Shown here one piece after another: positions 62,868 to 64,000 of a stretch of 64,000 nt of DNA. Made by a program: the position numbers and the translations under genes. Position 1 is the first letter of the stretch. Each line of letters starts with the position of its first letter. The notes beneath the pieces are model-generated. The model saw only the letters and a program-made list of their open reading frames with translations, did no database searches and was not told where the DNA came from. The stretch lies in contig NC_059427.1 in assembly GCF_021028975.2 (NCBI RefSeq), positions 68,572,001-68,636,000 on the forward strand, given 5' to 3'. The stretch comes from Sphaerodactylus townsendi. Taxonomy: Eukaryota.

Positions 62868-62909
62868 AAGGGAGGGAGGGAGGGAGGAAGGAAGGAAGGA
62901 AGGAAGGAG
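62868..62909. repeat. (GGGA)n(GGAA)n microsatellite
   Basis: Directly visible. Confidence 0.9.
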
Positions 62910-63029
62910 CTTCTAAATTAGTGCCAGTCTTGGATATATGAATGGCACAGTGTCTGTCTTTGATGGTGAAATCTGCTCAACCACTATGATCAACTTTGCT
63001 TTTGCAGTACCTTTAGCTCAGTGTCTGGC

Positions 63030-63152
63030 ATATAATAAAGATTAACAATTCCAAAGGTGCAGCTATTAGGCTGTTGCAGAAGAAACAGAGATTAATAAAA
63101 TTTTATTCTAGCATAAACTTTTGTGGATTTAGAGCCTACTTTGCCAGATACC
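63030..63152 (-). mobile_element. Degenerate Neptune-type Penelope-like terminus
   Basis: Reverse complement gtatctggcaaagtaggctctaaatccacaaaagtttatgctagaataaaattttattaatctc resembles 39090-39150. Confidence 0.45.
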
Positions 63153-63939
63153 TTTAATCAGTCCTCACTAGGCAGGTGACTAGCCAGGCACCTATGATGT
63201 TTTGAAGAAAAAAATGTTGTAAGCAGCAGGGTTAAAGAGCAATGAAACACAGAAAGTGCTCAGCGAGAAGTAATACATAAAATTCAAGGACCATGGTGTG
63301 CAGGGAGATGCAACCTGAGGACTCTGTTAGCACATAGTTAGACCCTCAAGTCATTATAACTCATTGGGGAGATTGTCTGGAACTGTCTGTTCTCTTCTGC
63401 TGATGTGGTTGTTGATCCCTGAAGGGGGTGGATGCATCTTCGTCTGGTGCCTCAGCTGTGACCATTCCACCTTGAGTGCTAGGAGTTTAGTCTCTTGACA
63501 TGGTATTGCTCTCAGCTTCACTGACACACACAAACACCCTCACTACATTAACGTGTGCATTCAAAATAAAAGTAGTTCAATGATAGTTGGATTGCTTCTG
63601 GCTCCTTTCACATGAGATTTTGCTTCTTTTGTGCTAAGGTTAAAAGATTCCTTGTAATTCACAGTTCATCGTGTCTTCAGTGCAGTCCCACATGGGGGCA
63701 CCTTAGACTGGCTATAGAGAACTTCTACAAACTTCAGAGTGTTTGAGTGCTCTCCCCTCTGGAGTTAAGAGCAGAGTACTGAGTATTGAGTCCCCTTGCC
63801 CAATTGCCATGGCCCTGATCCAAATTACTTCCCAGCTGCTTTGAAATAAAACTGACTGTATTATGTCATTCAATCATGGAGCTGCCATATCTTATGTAGT
63901 TGCTCCCCATGTTACTAGTGAGGCAAGGGTGTTTTTTAA

Positions 63940-64000
63940 TAAGAACCTAGGAAGAACCCTCCTGGATCAGACCAGTGGTCTATCTAGTCCAGCACCCTGT
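63940..64000 (-). mobile_element. CR1 3' end; continues beyond the window
   Basis: ctggatcagaccagtggtctatctagtccagca, same family as 13402-13601. Confidence 0.75.

Noticed and set aside
63160-63780. Possible Penelope GIY-YIG endonuclease remnant
   Set aside because: Too degraded to recover convincing motifs by eye.

Overview
This is eukaryotic (vertebrate) genomic DNA, AT-rich and apparently intronic or intergenic. The repeat content points to a squamate reptile, most likely a gecko (inference): CR1, L2, L1, RTE-BovB, RTE-X-like and R4/Dong LINE fragments, Sauria- and Squam3-like SINEs, Penelope-like elements, and many hAT, PIF/Harbinger and Tc1/mariner MITEs. I cannot recognise any host protein-coding gene. 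Nearly all ORFs in the track are either LINE-derived or spurious. The most notable structures are: (1) four Penelope-type pseudo-LTRs carrying minimal type I hammerhead ribozyme motifs in different states of decay, three related insertions showing inverted tails and 12-14 bp TSDs; (2) a 3.3 kb nested array of R4/Dong 3' ends at a (TAA)n microsatellite, interrupted by an RTE-X-like LINE with a perfect 12-bp TSD; (3) templated or inverted insertions at LINE 5' junctions; (4) a young, nearly intact CR1 running off the left edge; and (5) a candidate 18-nt minus-strand microexon. None of these is demonstrably a new biological system. Family names come from recall of motifs, not from database searches, and the ends of degraded elements are approximate.
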